DNA of 64,000 nt from Felis catus (lineage: Eukaryota), in contig NC_058383.1 of assembly GCF_018350175.1 (NCBI RefSeq), positions 1,178,001-1,242,000 of the forward strand, given 5' to 3'. The first letter of the stretch is position 1. Each line of letters begins with the position of its first letter. A program made the translations under genes and the position numbers. Under the pieces are notes generated by a model that saw nothing but the letters and a program-made list of their open reading frames with translations, was not told the origin of the DNA and searched no databases. Shown piece after piece: positions 1 through 12,095 of this stretch.

Positions 1-729
1 AGGAAGCTGCAAACTGAACTCTCCTTCCCCTGGTGTTTCTCCCCCGCCCAAGGCCAGCAGTGAATCCCACCCTCAGGGGCCCCCTTTCCTTCCTCCTGTC
101 CTGCCCCTGCTGTACCCCTGGGAGTCGACAGAGGAGGAAGCAGAGACTCAGAGGGGGTCAGACACTTGCTGGGGGGACGCAGTAGGGCAGGGGCAGAGCA
201 GGGTTTTGGAGATGCCTTCCCCCGCTCTGCTTTCCCGGGAAGGGCTGGCAGCAGGGAACAGAAGCTGGAATCGGCCATGTGAGGGCACATTGGGGCTGGA
301 CGGGGCTGTGGGGCAGGGCAGTCCTTGAGCCAGACATCGGGCCCGAAGCAGCCCCTCACCATCATCCGTCTTGGCTCTAACGTGGGGTGATTATGCCCAT
401 CTGAAATAACCAGCCCCTGCCCTCCTGGCCACCGAGGGCAGCCTGCCAGCCCTGGGGACCCTTGTGGCAGAGAGAGAGAGGGAGAAAGACCAACCTTCCC
501 CACCTGCCCCCGCCCTGTCCCGCTGCCCCTGCCTCACAGGCAGGCTGCTTGGGCCCAGCCCGTGTGCCTGTGCCGCCCCCGAGGACCATTTTTGGGGTGT
601 CCTCCCCTTCCTCCCCCTGGCTCTGGTAGGGCTGAGACCACATGGGAATCTTCTGATAAATGTGCCTCACTTTAGGGGTGAGGACCTTGAGGCACGGGGC
701 GTCTGGGGCAAGCTGCAGGCAGCTCCCCT

Positions 730-852
730 CGGCTTGTGCGAGCTGTGTCACCTCCAGTAACCTCACGCAGCTGGCCTGAAACTGACCACAGTAGGAATAT
801 TTACACCACAGAAATTGGCAAACGCTGCAAGTCAGGGCTCGTTCAACACCAC
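730..852 (+). mobile_element. MER63-like hAT (Blackjack) DNA transposon fragment
   Basis: ctgaaactgaccacagtaggaatatttacaccacagaaattggcaaacgctgcaagtcagggct matches the recalled MER63 core TTGAAATCGGCCATGGTGGGAGTATTTACACCACGGAAATCGGCAAACGCTACAAATCAGGGCT. Confidence 0.7.
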
Positions 853-1279
853 CCATCAGGGTGACCCCCGGTAGATGCACCGCTGGTAACTCCCGGCACC
901 GAGCCCCTGCCCGTCCCTTCACGGCGCTCAGCGCCCCAGGCTCCCACAGTCTCCAGGGCGAGTCTGTGAGGTCGACGCTGGCCCTCCCCCATCTCACAGA
1001 TGATCACAGAGGCTCCTGGGGTGCGGGGTGTGCTCCGCGTGGCGAGTGTCAGACCTGAGGGCAGCCATGTCCCCGGCTCTCGCCTCTCCCGCTCACGTGA
1101 CCCCGTGCGGGCAGCATCGACACCCCAGACGGCAGACTGGACATAGGCTCGAAGCAGCCCCAGGACTCACCTAAGACCGGAGACCGTGGGTCCTGGAGCA
1201 GCGGTGGCTGGGGTGGCGACCGAGAGCCCTCAGGGCAGTCTTGTCACAGGGGGCGGGTGCTAGAGGTGTTTGGGGGCAT

Positions 1280-1370
1280 GGACATAGCAACTCCAGAGCG
1301 CGGGATGGCCCAGGCTGGGGCAAGGACATAGGGACTCAGGAGCTCGGGATGGCCCAGGCTGGGTCAAGGA
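1280..1370 (+). repeat. 44-bp tandem duplication (2 copies)
   Basis: ggacatag...cgggatggcccaggctggg(g/t)caa units start at 1280 and 1324. Confidence 0.85.
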
Positions 1371-2259
1371 AACTTCTTTATCCCCATCCTCTCTGTCCTC
1401 CACGGCCTGGTTTCGTCACCACCTTCTCATGTGACCTAACCTGCCCTGAGTCTCAGTTTCCCCATCCTGTGTCTCCTCTGAGAACTCCCCCCATGGTACA
1501 AAGCCCTCCCACCCCAACTCCTGGGGCTTTTGGACACAGAACTGCGCTGGACCAGCCAGGGAACATTCCTGTGGGCCAGGCACCGTGTGCTACCAGGCCT
1601 GGGCCTGCCGGAGGGCAAGGCGGTGCCCTGCGCAGGAGATGAAGCCCCAGAAGCTGGAGACGGCGGTGTGGGGTGAAGCGCAGAGCAGGGCCGGCAAGGG
1701 GAGCTGTGCCTGCCGCACAAGTGTGTCCTCCGGAAGCCTTCGGGGCCCACGTGGGCCCACCCTAGTGCACCCACAGCCCCCCCTGCAGGCTCTGTCCCGG
1801 CCTCTCTCTTCTGGGAGCCCCTCCTGGGCAGGCAGGAGGTGGGGCAGGCCGGGTTACGTCCCGGCCCCATCCGCCCGGTGCTCAGTAAACGTTTGTTGCT
1901 TCAAACCAGAAGGGAGTCCTCAGGTGTGCAGCGGAGGAGGGGGGAGCCCTCAGGCAGGCCCCCCAGGTCCAGCCCAGAAGGCTGGACAACCGCCAGGATT
2001 GTCCCGGGCTAGAGTACCGGCCCGACCCCGAGCCCTGGGTGACTTCCGAGTGGGGCAGGGGCTCCGGGTCCTCCCTGCCCCCTGCCTGCTGGCTCTTTAG
2101 TCCCAGCCCGCCCGCAGACAGGTGGGTGACGGATGTGGGGCACGCAGGGGCCACACAGGCAAGTCCTTTTTCCTCGCGGCCACTTAGGTTTGATTGGAAG
2201 GCCGGTTTCAGTCTGGCTGAGCCCGCCCAGGGCCCGGGCGCCTCCCGAGCATCATCTCC

Positions 2260-2360
2260 CGTCAAACGGCATGAATAATTTAGTCTCTAATTAAAAGTGA
2301 GGTCAAGCCATGAAAAATGGCTGGATGTCCGGTGGCACCACGATGCATTAAATTACTGGT
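2260..2360. promoter_or_regulatory. Candidate conserved non-coding element (AT-rich island)
   Basis: atgaataatttag, ctaattaa and atgcattaaattac (POU/homeodomain-like motifs) in GC-rich flanks; no repeat recognised. Confidence 0.4.
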
Positions 2361-2589
2361 GGGTCTGAGGCCGGCGAACAGGAGGCGTCGGTGTCCACAC
2401 CGAAGCTCCCGGGCCTCGGCTCGCCGTGGAGGCAGCGGGGTCCACCCTGGGGAGAGGGTGAGGTGGCCGCGCAGACCCAGAGGACCCCCCCACCGTTGTC
2501 CCCCGAGGGGCTCCCTACCCTCCAGCCACCATCACCTCCCCCCCCCCCCGTCCCTGCCCCACATTCCCCCACACCACCTCCCTCCTGCT

Positions 2590-2890
2590 CTGGGTCTGTG
2601 CATGTTCTTTCTGGAACATTCTTCCCCCACATATCTGCTCGGCTTGTTTCCTTGCTTTATTCAGGTCTGTGCCCCGATGTCACCCTGGCTGTCCCTGTGG
2701 CCACAATGCCATCTGCCCGCCCCACTGGCCCATTCCCCGCCTGGCCTTCTGGGCAGCGTTTCCACTCCTGGGCATTTGAGTTTACACTGAGTTGTCTCTC
2801 TCCAACTGGAGTATCAGGGTGGGGCCTCAGCTTGGGTCCCCGCGTGTCCCCAGCACCAAGGACAGCACCCGGCACGCTGGGTGCAGTGGA
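2590..2890 (+). mobile_element. LINE-2 3' end remnant
   Basis: ttcaggtctgtgccccgatgtcacc ... gtgtccccagcaccaaggacagcacccggcacg resembles the L2 3' terminus (gtatccccagcgcctagaacagtgcctggcac). Confidence 0.55.
2849..2869 (+). promoter_or_regulatory. Candidate REST/NRSF RE1 site
   Basis: cccagcaccaaggacagcacc vs RE1 consensus TTCAGCACCnnGGACAGCGCC; the CAGCACC-nn-GGACAG core is exact. Confidence 0.5.
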
Positions 2891-4009
2891 GGCTGAGCGC
2901 CAGAAGGGAGTCTCCTCGGCCCAGAGCCCCCTGGGGGCCGGGACGGGTGGGGGTCAGGAGCTGAGCTGCTGGCTTGCTCGCTGGGCCTCTGCATTCGTGC
3001 CCTCTCTTCTCTTGATCGGCAGACACCCAGAAGACTGGCCCTGTGGCCCCTCACCCTGAAAGTCTCTTCTGATGCCGTGCACCGTCCCTTCTGTTCTGGG
3101 ACAGCTGGAGGTGTCCTTTGCTGCCTAGCCTCAGACTGGCACCTGCTGTGACGGCTTCAGGAGTGCCCTGCTCTTTGCCCCATAGACGCCCACGTTCCTG
3201 ATGGGCCAAGGCTGAGGATGGCTTAGCAGCCCTGCTCGGGAGACAGCCAACTGGGGGCCAGGGCAGAGAGGCAGGCGCTGGGGGAGTGGGTGGATCCCAA
3301 CACCCCTTCCTGCCTGTGGAGGACAGGACCCTAGCAGTAGGTCCCCACCAGGTGCTGCCTGGTCCGGAGTCCCACAGGGAAGCAGGCCTGGGTCTGGACA
3401 CAGGAGAGGCTGTGTCTCCATGTCCCTACCAGACACTGGTCCGGGGGGGGGGCACCCCTCAGCAGCACTGGGGGTCCTCACAGAGGGGAGACTTGAGTTA
3501 CGAAGCACTCGCCGGGCCCTGTGGGGTGGCGCCAGAATCGTTCCGATTTCCAGGGGGGAACACTGAGCTCAGCTCAGGGCCGTGGACTCTCTTGCCCAAG
3601 ACCCCCGGTTGGTCAGCAGCCAGGAGCTGCCCGCACCATGGCACGGGGAAGCTGCAGCCTGAGACCACCCATCCCTCCTGAGCTTTTGAGAAGTGAGGTC
3701 AGAGTCCAGGGCAGGGAAGCAGTCGGGACAGACCTGGCCACCGTAAGGCTGCTGCTCTTTGGGGCGGGACAAACCCATTCTAGGGTTTGGGGCTTCGGAC
3801 ACAGGGCCTGGGACGTCATCCCACCTCAGGGGCCAAGGGAAATCCCGTCTGGGGCACCAGCTGGAACCCAGTTTGCAGCGGGTGCCGCGGCGGCCGCCCC
3901 CCTGCCAGCCTTCCCCAGCCCCCTGCGGGATCCTGGTTTGCATCTTCCGACTGGAATCACAGAGGGGCGGGTGTCAGGGAGGGAGGGGGCCCCGGTGGCC
4001 CTTGGGTAG

Positions 4010-4350
4010 CAGATTAAAGATGGATATTTTGTTTGTTACAATCAAGACCTCTGATTTCAGTTTTATAAATTTTTAAAATATTAATTATATTTTGGAAAGT
4101 GTTCCGAGGTGAATGCATTAGCCGCTGCTCCCTGCTTAGATGGCAACAATGCTGTTTGGCCCGGATTAGAGCAGAGGAGGAGGTGGGGCATTTAATCCAC
4201 CTTGTTAAGTTATTAAATTTTCTTTATTTACACACGAACCCACTTTCATTAGCATTGTAACAGGTGCTCATTAACAATTTATCATTTGGGAGGCGAGCGA
4301 GACAACAGCGAGAGAGACATTGCTACAAAGTTTACTCTTAATTACGAGGA
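4010..4350. promoter_or_regulatory. Candidate conserved non-coding element / enhancer
   Basis: Abrupt AT-rich island with AACAAT (4145, 4273), GGATTA (4163), TAATCC (4193), TAATTA twice, TTTTATAAA and an atggcaac RFX-type half site. Confidence 0.6.
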
Positions 4351-4731
4351 ACCGGCTTTGAGGACAAAACAAGGCTGCACCCCTCCCCTGCCTCCCTGCC
4401 ACCCCCTGCGTCCCCCCGCCCCCCCAGGTTCCAGGCCCCAGAGGCTTCTGGAAGCCTGCTGTCTGCTTGCTCCGGTCAACCCTGGGGGTGTCAGAGGGGT
4501 GCCAGCAGAGGGGGCACTTGGTCTGTGCCCTGGGGCAGGTGCTGGACCCCTGGGCTGTGGCCTCCTGAGCCCCGAGGGGTGGAAGGAGCACGGGCACAGA
4601 GCCAGCAGGCCAGGACCCCGTTCCCAACCTGGGCGACCTGGGCAATGACTTCACCTCTAGAAGCCTCCTTGGCCTCTTCTCCAGAGCACATGGTGGCAGT
4701 GTTGGGGGATGGTTTTTAAATGCCCGCTTGA

Positions 4732-4936
4732 GGGGCGCCCTTGGGGCTCAGTCGGTTGAGCACCCGATTCTTGATTTTGGCTCAGGTTTTGTGAGTTCGA
4801 GGCCCGCGTTGGGCTCTGTGCTGAGAGCCTGGAGTCTGCTTGGGATCCTCTGTCTCCCTCGCTCTCTACCCCTCCCCTGCTTGCACGCACTCTCTGTCAA
4901 AAGTAAGTAAATGTTAAAAATAATAAATAGATAAAT
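4732..4936 (+). mobile_element. Can-SINE (older feliform SINEC type)
   Basis: ggggcgccc...ggctcagtcggttgagc head, CT-rich region, A-rich tail; target site duplication (TSD) aaatgcccgctt (4718) / aaatgcctgctt (4937). Confidence 0.93.
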
Positions 4937-5884
4937 AAATGCCTGCTTAGCAGGGGCGGAGTGGGAGGGGCCCGGAGAGGAGCCTACAGGGGAGCCGCGG
5001 GTTGTAGGAGGGGCTCGGAGCTCAGGGCCCTCGGCAGAACTGGGAGGTGGTGGCTTGTCAGGGGGACTTTAAGGTCTTCTTGTCCTTCCACCTCCTCGAG
5101 GGGGTCCAGGGACACTGCACATGAGCAAGGAAGGGGTGGCCAGGCCTCCCCAGTGGGTGTGCCGTCAGCAGGCTGGTTTGGGGGGCCCTTGGAGTCCAAC
5201 TGTCACACTCTTCCAAATCTTTCTCATATTGTCGGTGCTCCTGCTACCCTGGGCCCCCACCAGGTGCCAGGGTGCTGAGTGAGGTGGTATGTGGGGGCCC
5301 CTCATCAGAAGGGACACAAGAAGGCCAGAGGGAGGATACTGTGTGGACACCAAGTGGTCAGCCCCGTCGGAGGCCAAGACTGGGCATGGGTGTAGGGGGA
5401 GACCCACATCAGCAGGGCCATGGGGGCTCAGGATTGTGCCAGGCTGTGGGTGCCAGACGCAGGAGGAGGTGGGAGCTAGGAGGGTCCCACCTCCTCCTGG
5501 GAGGTCAGTCCCAGCACTGCCCCAGTTGGAGCCACTCACCCGGGGTCTGGGCGTTGGCGCATCATACCTGCCTTTCCCCATTCCCTCTGGGACCCCCCCC
5601 CCCGGCGGCCACGAGGGAGCCGATGGCCCATCCCGACCCCGGTCCGCCTCCCTCCCCACAGAGGGGCAGGCGGAGATGAGCCCTCGGTCGGCACAACACT
5701 GCTGGGCCCCAAACCTGGATGAGCGTGTCGGCCGCCCCACACGGTGGGTCCGGCCAGGGCCTCGTCCTTCACCTGCAGCCAGGTGAGCCGGGTCCCCAGC
5801 CGAGCACGGTGGGCGCCACCCACCTCCCTGCTTCCCAGGGTGGGCAGGGACCTCTGAGGGGCCGGCCAGCCTCCTCCTTAGCTG

Positions 5885-6125
5885 CCTAGATAATCGTCTG
5901 CCTTGCACTGCTCCTTTAAAACATATTTCCAGGGTGGTTTTCACGGATAGGGCTTTTAATATTCATCTCAGCACTGACGATTTTTCCTGCCTTGTTACGG
6001 AGAGCTGGTGTCGGTTTTTCATTGTATCTTTGGACAGTCGGTTTATTCGGAGCCACTTAAAGGCTCAAAAGTGATTCTCTTTTATAATTTGAGAAGTTTC
6101 ATGGGCTGAACATCAAAGTGATGGC
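5885..6125. promoter_or_regulatory. Candidate conserved non-coding element
   Basis: AT-rich non-repeat island with CATTGT (SOX), ACATCAAAG (TCF/LEF consensus) and ttttataatt. Confidence 0.5.
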
Positions 6126-6384
6126 TGGGACTGTTCTCCATGGGTCTCCTGCTCCTTCCCCTCCACCCGCCCTGATGGGCCTCAGCTGCCAGCGTTGCTT
6201 GCGACATGCTCTCTGGCCGCCCCAGCCTCGCTGAACCCCAGGCCTTCAGGGGCAGGCGTGGCCGTTCTCACTGTCAGCTTTGTCCCAGTGTGGGGGCCCG
6301 CGTTTCCATCTGGAGTTTCCGAGGATGGTGAGGATGGGGGAGGGGACTCTCGGCTCAGAGGCTCGGTCCTCCAAGGCCCATCTA

Positions 6385-6660
6385 GGGCCTCAGTTTTCCC
6401 ATCTGTAAGATGGGTGTGTTGGCTCAGAGCAGCGCCGTAAGCCTGTGTACCCACTGGGATCAGGCAAGTCTCACAGGTGGTGGTGCCAGTTGGGTGTGTC
6501 AGCCAAAAGGGAGCCGTCCATTCAACAACATCGATGGAGCACCTACTGGGTGCCGGACACCGTTCTAGGGGCTGGGGCGCAGTGGCACAGACAGGCCAGA
6601 ATCCTGGTCCTGGTGAGTTACGATCCCTCGGTGGCACAGGAACAACAGGAGCTGGGGGTG
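6385..6660. mobile_element. MIR core followed by L2 remnant
   Basis: gcctcagttttcccatctgtaagatggg (MIR core); cattcaacaacatcgatggagcacctactgggtgccggacac (L2 3' end, reverse orientation). Confidence 0.6.
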
Positions 6661-6879
6661 GTAGGAAGGTGTCAAGAACGGAGGGCCGTTCCAAAGAGCA
6701 CAGCGGACCTCGGAGGCCTCTTGTGTCCTTCTGGAAGGACACCTAACATCACTCAGCCAGCCAGGCCTGGGGCTGGGCTTGCCGCAGGGACAGCCAGGGT
6801 TCCCTCTGGGTCCCCAGGGGCTGGCACCCTGGTCACCTCCTCTCAGGCGAGACTGGGCTTGGGGAGAGGAGGCCGGGGC

Positions 6880-7270
6880 TCCGATTTGCCAGAGGTTTGG
6901 GCTTTGTAAGAGAAAACAGAAGTCTAGGTCGGTTTGTGAAATCCCGTGATTTTCAGATGTTGGCAACTATTTCAAAAATGTTAAAAAATACCACATCGGG
7001 GGCGCCCGGGATCGGCTCATCGGCTCAGTCAGTGGAGCCTCCGACTCCGGCTCAGGTCAGGATCTCACGGTTCGTGGGTTCGAGCCCCGCGTCGGGCTCT
7101 GTGCTGACAGCTCGGGGCCTGGAGCCGCTTCAGAATCTGTGTCTCCCTCTCTCTCTCTGCCCCTCCCCTGCTTGTGCTCTGTGTCTCTTTCTCAAAAATA
7201 AATAAATATTTAAAAAAAAAAAAAAACCCGCATCGGCCAAGTATTTGCTGGCCAGGTGCATCCTCTATGC
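6880..7270 (-). mobile_element. MER102-like hAT-Charlie fragment interrupted by a Can-SINE
   Basis: tgtgaaatcccgtgattttcagatgttggcaactatttcaaaaatgttaaaaaatacc is the reverse of the recalled MER102 segment TTGAATTAGTTGCCAACATTTAAAAATCGGGAGATTTCACA. Confidence 0.55.
6998..7226 (+). mobile_element. Can-SINE (SINEC_Fc-like)
   Basis: ggctcaggtcaggatctcacggttcgtgggttcgagccccgcgtcgggctctgtgctgacagctc, CT tract, poly-A; degenerate TSD accacatcgg / cccgcatcgg. Confidence 0.96.
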
Positions 7271-10200
7271 TCGGCATGCAGCCCGTGGTCTAAATAAATT
7301 GCTGGGTGTTTTCACTCCACCGCGGCCAGGCCGTCTTCCGGACGAACGCGCCTACGGACAGTGTTTGTTCAGGCAGCTGCCCTCGATGTGACGCTGCAGG
7401 TACCAGGGCTGGGAGAGGCCCAGCCCCGAGCGAGCCCTCCCCAGCACCCGTCAGGCCCGTGGCTCCCTCTCATGCCCGCACAATTTGTCTGCACCCCTGC
7501 CTCTCCCTGCACTGCCACCAGCACTGGTGTGATTCTATAATGTGTGCACTTTCAACTACAACAAGATAAATGGGCACAATTACCCAGTCCCCAGACTGGG
7601 AACATGTGGCCTGGCATATGTGGGGCCAACCTAAGCAGAAATCCAAAGGCGCCTCCCCAGAAAGCACCCCGTGCCCACCCGCCGGCCCGCCCGAGTTTCC
7701 CACACAGACAGCTGGCAGATCATCAGACGCATTACAGTATTTTTACTTATAATAGAGAAAGTAATAAAAATACACATTTAAATAGCATATTGCTCTTCTA
7801 AAGGGGCCAGGGAAACCTGGAGAGAACAGAGTTTTGCTGTAGATTCGGAGCATTGAGCCTGGGACAGGGCCGTGGCCGGGGTTCGGCAGCCTGGCACGCA
7901 GGCACGCGGGGCCGCAGCTGCCGCACCAGAGCCGCGTCTGGCCAGCAGGTTTGGGTCCCGGTCCTGGGTTTGACTTTCAGGTCTGCTCCTCAGTAAGTCT
8001 GACCCCATTTCCCCACGCGTGGGGTGTGATCACCCGCTTCCCCATCTTTAGGGGTGATCTGTGGAACGTGACCCTTTGGAGGCCAGAGGCCCCTTAGAGA
8101 TCCAGGCGAGAGCTGGGACCCTCGTCCCTGAAAAGTCAGGGTGCCGTCGAGGCCCCGGACTGAGGACGCCTGGGTCGGACACAATCACAGATAAGCTGTA
8201 AGACTGCCACACGAGCCACGGCTGCTACCTGGCTTCACCCCTTCTGTGCAGGAGCAGACTGAGGCTTCCCCAGGAGAGGGCCCTTGCCCGAAGCCCCACG
8301 AAGAGTCAGGGGCATGGCCAGGCTTTCTGCCTTCCCGAGTCCCAGAATCCCAGACCCCCAGGCCAGCCAGCCACGCCGTGTGGTGGCGGCCGCCTTTTCT
8401 GGGACCACTTTGGGGACCGTCTGAGGATTTGGATGAACCTCATGGTTTGACCAAATTCTCAGACTCTGCTCTCCCAGGTGGAAGGGGGGGGGGGGGGCAA
8501 GAGTGATGCCAGGTCCCCAGCCCTGAGGTTCCTGCCCCTGAGATGTGGGGGCCCTCTGTGCCCAGGCTGGCCTGTGCATACCCGGAGAAGGAGGGGCCTC
8601 TGGGCAGCCCCTTCCATCCCCGAGGCCTTCGTGGATGGTCACTGTGGCGTGTGCGGGACCACCCGAGTGTGGGGTGTTTCCTGGGGGGTGGCCCGGCACC
8701 GGGGCACCCTTCTACCCCACATTCTGGGCCTCTGTCGTGTTCTTCCGCCAGGACGCGGACCTGGGGAAGCCCCATGTCACATGGGTCCCGCCAGGGAGCT
8801 CCTCTGTTCTCACCCCAGAGTCCTGCTTCCAGAGGCTCCGGCATCCACAGCTCCCGGAGCTGGGCAGACAGGTGGGGCCTCACTCCCGTGTGGGGCTGCT
8901 CCCGCCATTGCCCCAGCTCTGTCCCCCGAGGTGGAAGTGCCCACGCCACCCCCGTCACCTCCCCTGCCATCATCACAGCCAATAATACCACCACGCTCCC
9001 CAAGTCCCCCTGGGGGTGGCACTGGGTGACAGGCCACACCCGACCCACAGCCCCACCACAGGTCATAGCTGGGCCCGGGCTCTGGACTTCCAGTGGCCTG
9101 AGGGCTCCCCTCCGCACCGCTCGAGGAGGGAGCTTCCGGCTGTGAAGTGTGGGTGTCCCCACAGCCCAGGAGCCCTGGCGCTCACCTGTGGGCACACTTA
9201 CTCATTTGACAGAGGGCCACTGTTCTTGCCCTGGGGGCCCTCAGTCCCTCCACCAGCTCCTGCTTCAGCTCAGGGCCCCCAGCCTGAACCCTTCACGTCC
9301 CCCTCTCCCCTCACTTAGGCCCCCTCCCACCCTCCCTCCCTGCCACCGGTCCCACCTGCCGCCAGTGTCCCTGGAGCCCACCGTCCGCTGTGCCCTCGGC
9401 CACCTGCCCCTAGCCTCTCAGCACCCTGTCTGCTTCCTTGCTGCCCCCACCATCTGTTCTCCGCCCACAGCATCCAGAGGGGCCTTCCGGACCCAGATCT
9501 GGTCAGCAGACCCCACTCAGCACCCTCGGCAGTCTTCCCCGCGCTGCTGAGCCCCCGGCCCCGGTCCTGCCGACTGCTCGGTCCCTGAGCTTCCCGCCGC
9601 GGCACGCTGGACCTGGCAGCTTGGTGCACCTGCTCCGTTTGGAAGCCCCCACCTCTTCTCCCCATCCGGTCGACTCACCTTGTGCAAGGGGGTCAGAGAC
9701 CACTTGTCCCCTAAACACGTGTCCCCCACGGCCCTTCGTGTGCCCCTGAGGAGCATCCTCTGCGGAAGAGACGGATGAGGCCATCTTGTGAGCCAGGCGG
9801 AGGCCTGGCTGGTGGCCCAACCCCGTGCTGGCCAGGACGCTAGGCCTTCAGGTCACGAGCAGGACGGTACAGGGGGTGGTGCTGACCTCCCTGCACGGCC
9901 CTGTGCCTGCCGGGCTGGACTTCATCTGCCCGAGCCTGCTGTCACCTCACCTGCTGTCCTGAGGAGCCGCCGTCTGTGTCCCCTCCTGGTGGTCCCTAGG
10001 GAAGGTCCAGCCGCACCTGGCCAGGGAAACATCACCGCCCAGCCCTAGGAGCCCCAGTCAAGGGAGGCTTTCCTGCCGCCACCCCTGTCTTCTCCCTGCT
10101 GCCCTGGAGGGGCCCCACCGTAGCGGGGGGGCGACCGGGAGAAAGTGGGCACGTAAATTCGGGAAGGCAGGAGCCAGCCCCGTGCCGCAGGCTGAGCTAG

Positions 10201-10934
10201 AGGAGCCCCAGACCCGGTGCAGACCTTCAGTTGTGTGGGGTGTTTCTGTGTCTGCCAGGAGACGGGATTTGGGGGTTCACAGTGAGTTTTCCACCTGAGG
10301 TGGCTTCGAGAGGCCTGCAGTGGCCCGAGACACCCCCCCCCCAGAGGGCACAGAACAGAGCAGGGGGAGGGAAGAGCTGAGGGAGGGGTTCCCTGCACGC
10401 ACCCCTGCCGAGGGCCTCCTCCTAGCAGCCCCCTGATTGTCGGCAGGGGAGCTGATGTGGGCTGAGGCTCCACGGCCAAGACCAAGGGGTGATCAGGAGC
10501 TCTCTCCTCCTCTGGACACGGGTTTGTCTTCCTGGGTGCTCTTCTCCGTGGCGGAGGGAGGGAGCGGCTGACGGTCCGGGGGCCAGGAGCGGCCGTGGCC
10601 TGGGGGTGACCGGGAGGCAGGCGGCAGCGGTGGGGGCCCGTCTCAGGAGCACTCTTGTCCTCTTGGGCGTGGGGCGGGCAGCAGGGAGCAGAGGACACGG
10701 TGGGGAGGAAGACAGACGGTTCTCACGGGGTAAGTGCTGAAGGCCAGGTGCAGGTCTTAGAGAGGACGGCCCGGCCTCAAGTCCCCGGAGAACACACCTG
10801 GTGTCCGGAGGGACTGCCGGGGTCCAGCCATTCGGGCCACTCGCCGTCCCTCCGGCCTCCAGAGGGCCTCCCGCAGGCCTCCCGCAGGTGCCGAGGGCGA
10901 GGGGGCGGGGCGGAGCCGCCTGACTGTGGATGGG

Positions 10935-11480
10935 AGGTGATTCTCAAGGTGAAATTTCTAGTTCAGTCGAGCCACTTTTGTTCAAGGCAGCGCACAAAAT
11001 GTCATCCCCGCCCTGTTCCGCGTGCGATGTGCTGCTCTCCCGTCGCATTTAAATTTACTCCACTTTCCCTCCCTGACACCTGTTTAAATCAATATCTTCC
11101 TCTCCGGGTCGCGGGGAGAATGTGCCCGGCTCTCCACACAGCGCTTCTCAAATCCACTAAAATCAACACAATAATTGAAATATTTTCAAGCTGATTACAC
11201 CGCAGCCCGAGGCTAGCCTGGTTGCTAAGGGTGAGCTCCGCGGTTGCTAGGGGGAGTAAATCATCTTGCATTATTTGATTTTTGTTATAGATATGAAACC
11301 GCTACTCCCGCGATTAAATGTCTCTCAGCCTAACACCTATGGGACCTGGGGAGAGAGAAGAGAAAGGCACCAACCTTGACCCTGTCAAATAAATATCTCT
11401 AACTTTTCCTGTCCTCGGGCTTCCCGGCCAAACCTGTCTGTGGGTTTTTTTTCCCTCCCTTAACCTGACTTTAAACAACA
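10935..11480. promoter_or_regulatory. Candidate conserved non-coding element / enhancer
   Basis: AT-rich island with taaatcaat (11085), gtaaatcat (11256; reverse of ATGATTTAC, PBX-HOX type), TGACAC (11074), CTGTCA (11382) and two GTTGCTA (11221, 11243). Confidence 0.6.
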
Positions 11481-12029
11481 AAGCTTCAGGGACAGGGGGA
11501 CGAAGAGAGGGAGGACGTCTGCTCTGTTAGCCGGCCGCGCGGACCTCGCCCTGCGTCTGTGCAGGACCCGCGTGGCTGCGCGGCCTTACCCACAGCCCTC
11601 CCGCGCAGGCCCAGGCGGGCGGCCCTGGTGGCCCCGAGGACGGGTGCCGGAACTCGTGTCCCCCATGCCCCCCGCCCGCTTCTGGCCTCCTGCCCCTCGG
11701 TGGCCCAGAGACCACCAAGTCCCAGGGCCCCGGGGTGGATGGGCGCACAGTTCTTGCCGCGGAAACCGGCGGGGCCGTCTCACCCAAGCCTGCCTCCGGC
11801 CCACCCTCCGCACCCCCCTCGTGAACCCCCCACCCAGCTGATAGCTAGGGGCCTTGGGCCGCAAGGCCGCGACCCCCCCTAGCCTGCTCCAGCCAGCACC
11901 CTCGGAGAAGCCGGGGTGCCTGGCCGGCAGAGGCTGTGCCCGCTGTGCCGTGAGTACCTCTGCCCTGAGCCGGCCGTCTGGCGGCAGGTGGGCGGGGAGG
12001 CCGTCCTGCTGGGACCCAGCCAGCTGTTC

Positions 12030-12095
12030 CCATGAATGAATCTGAGTAAATTAACAAACAGCACGCAAACCTGTCAATTGAATCGTTCTTGACGA
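12030..12095. promoter_or_regulatory. Small candidate conserved element
   Basis: atgaatgaatctgagtaaattaacaaacagcacgcaaacctgtcaattgaatc: FOX, homeodomain and MEIS-like motifs packed into 60 bp. Confidence 0.35.
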
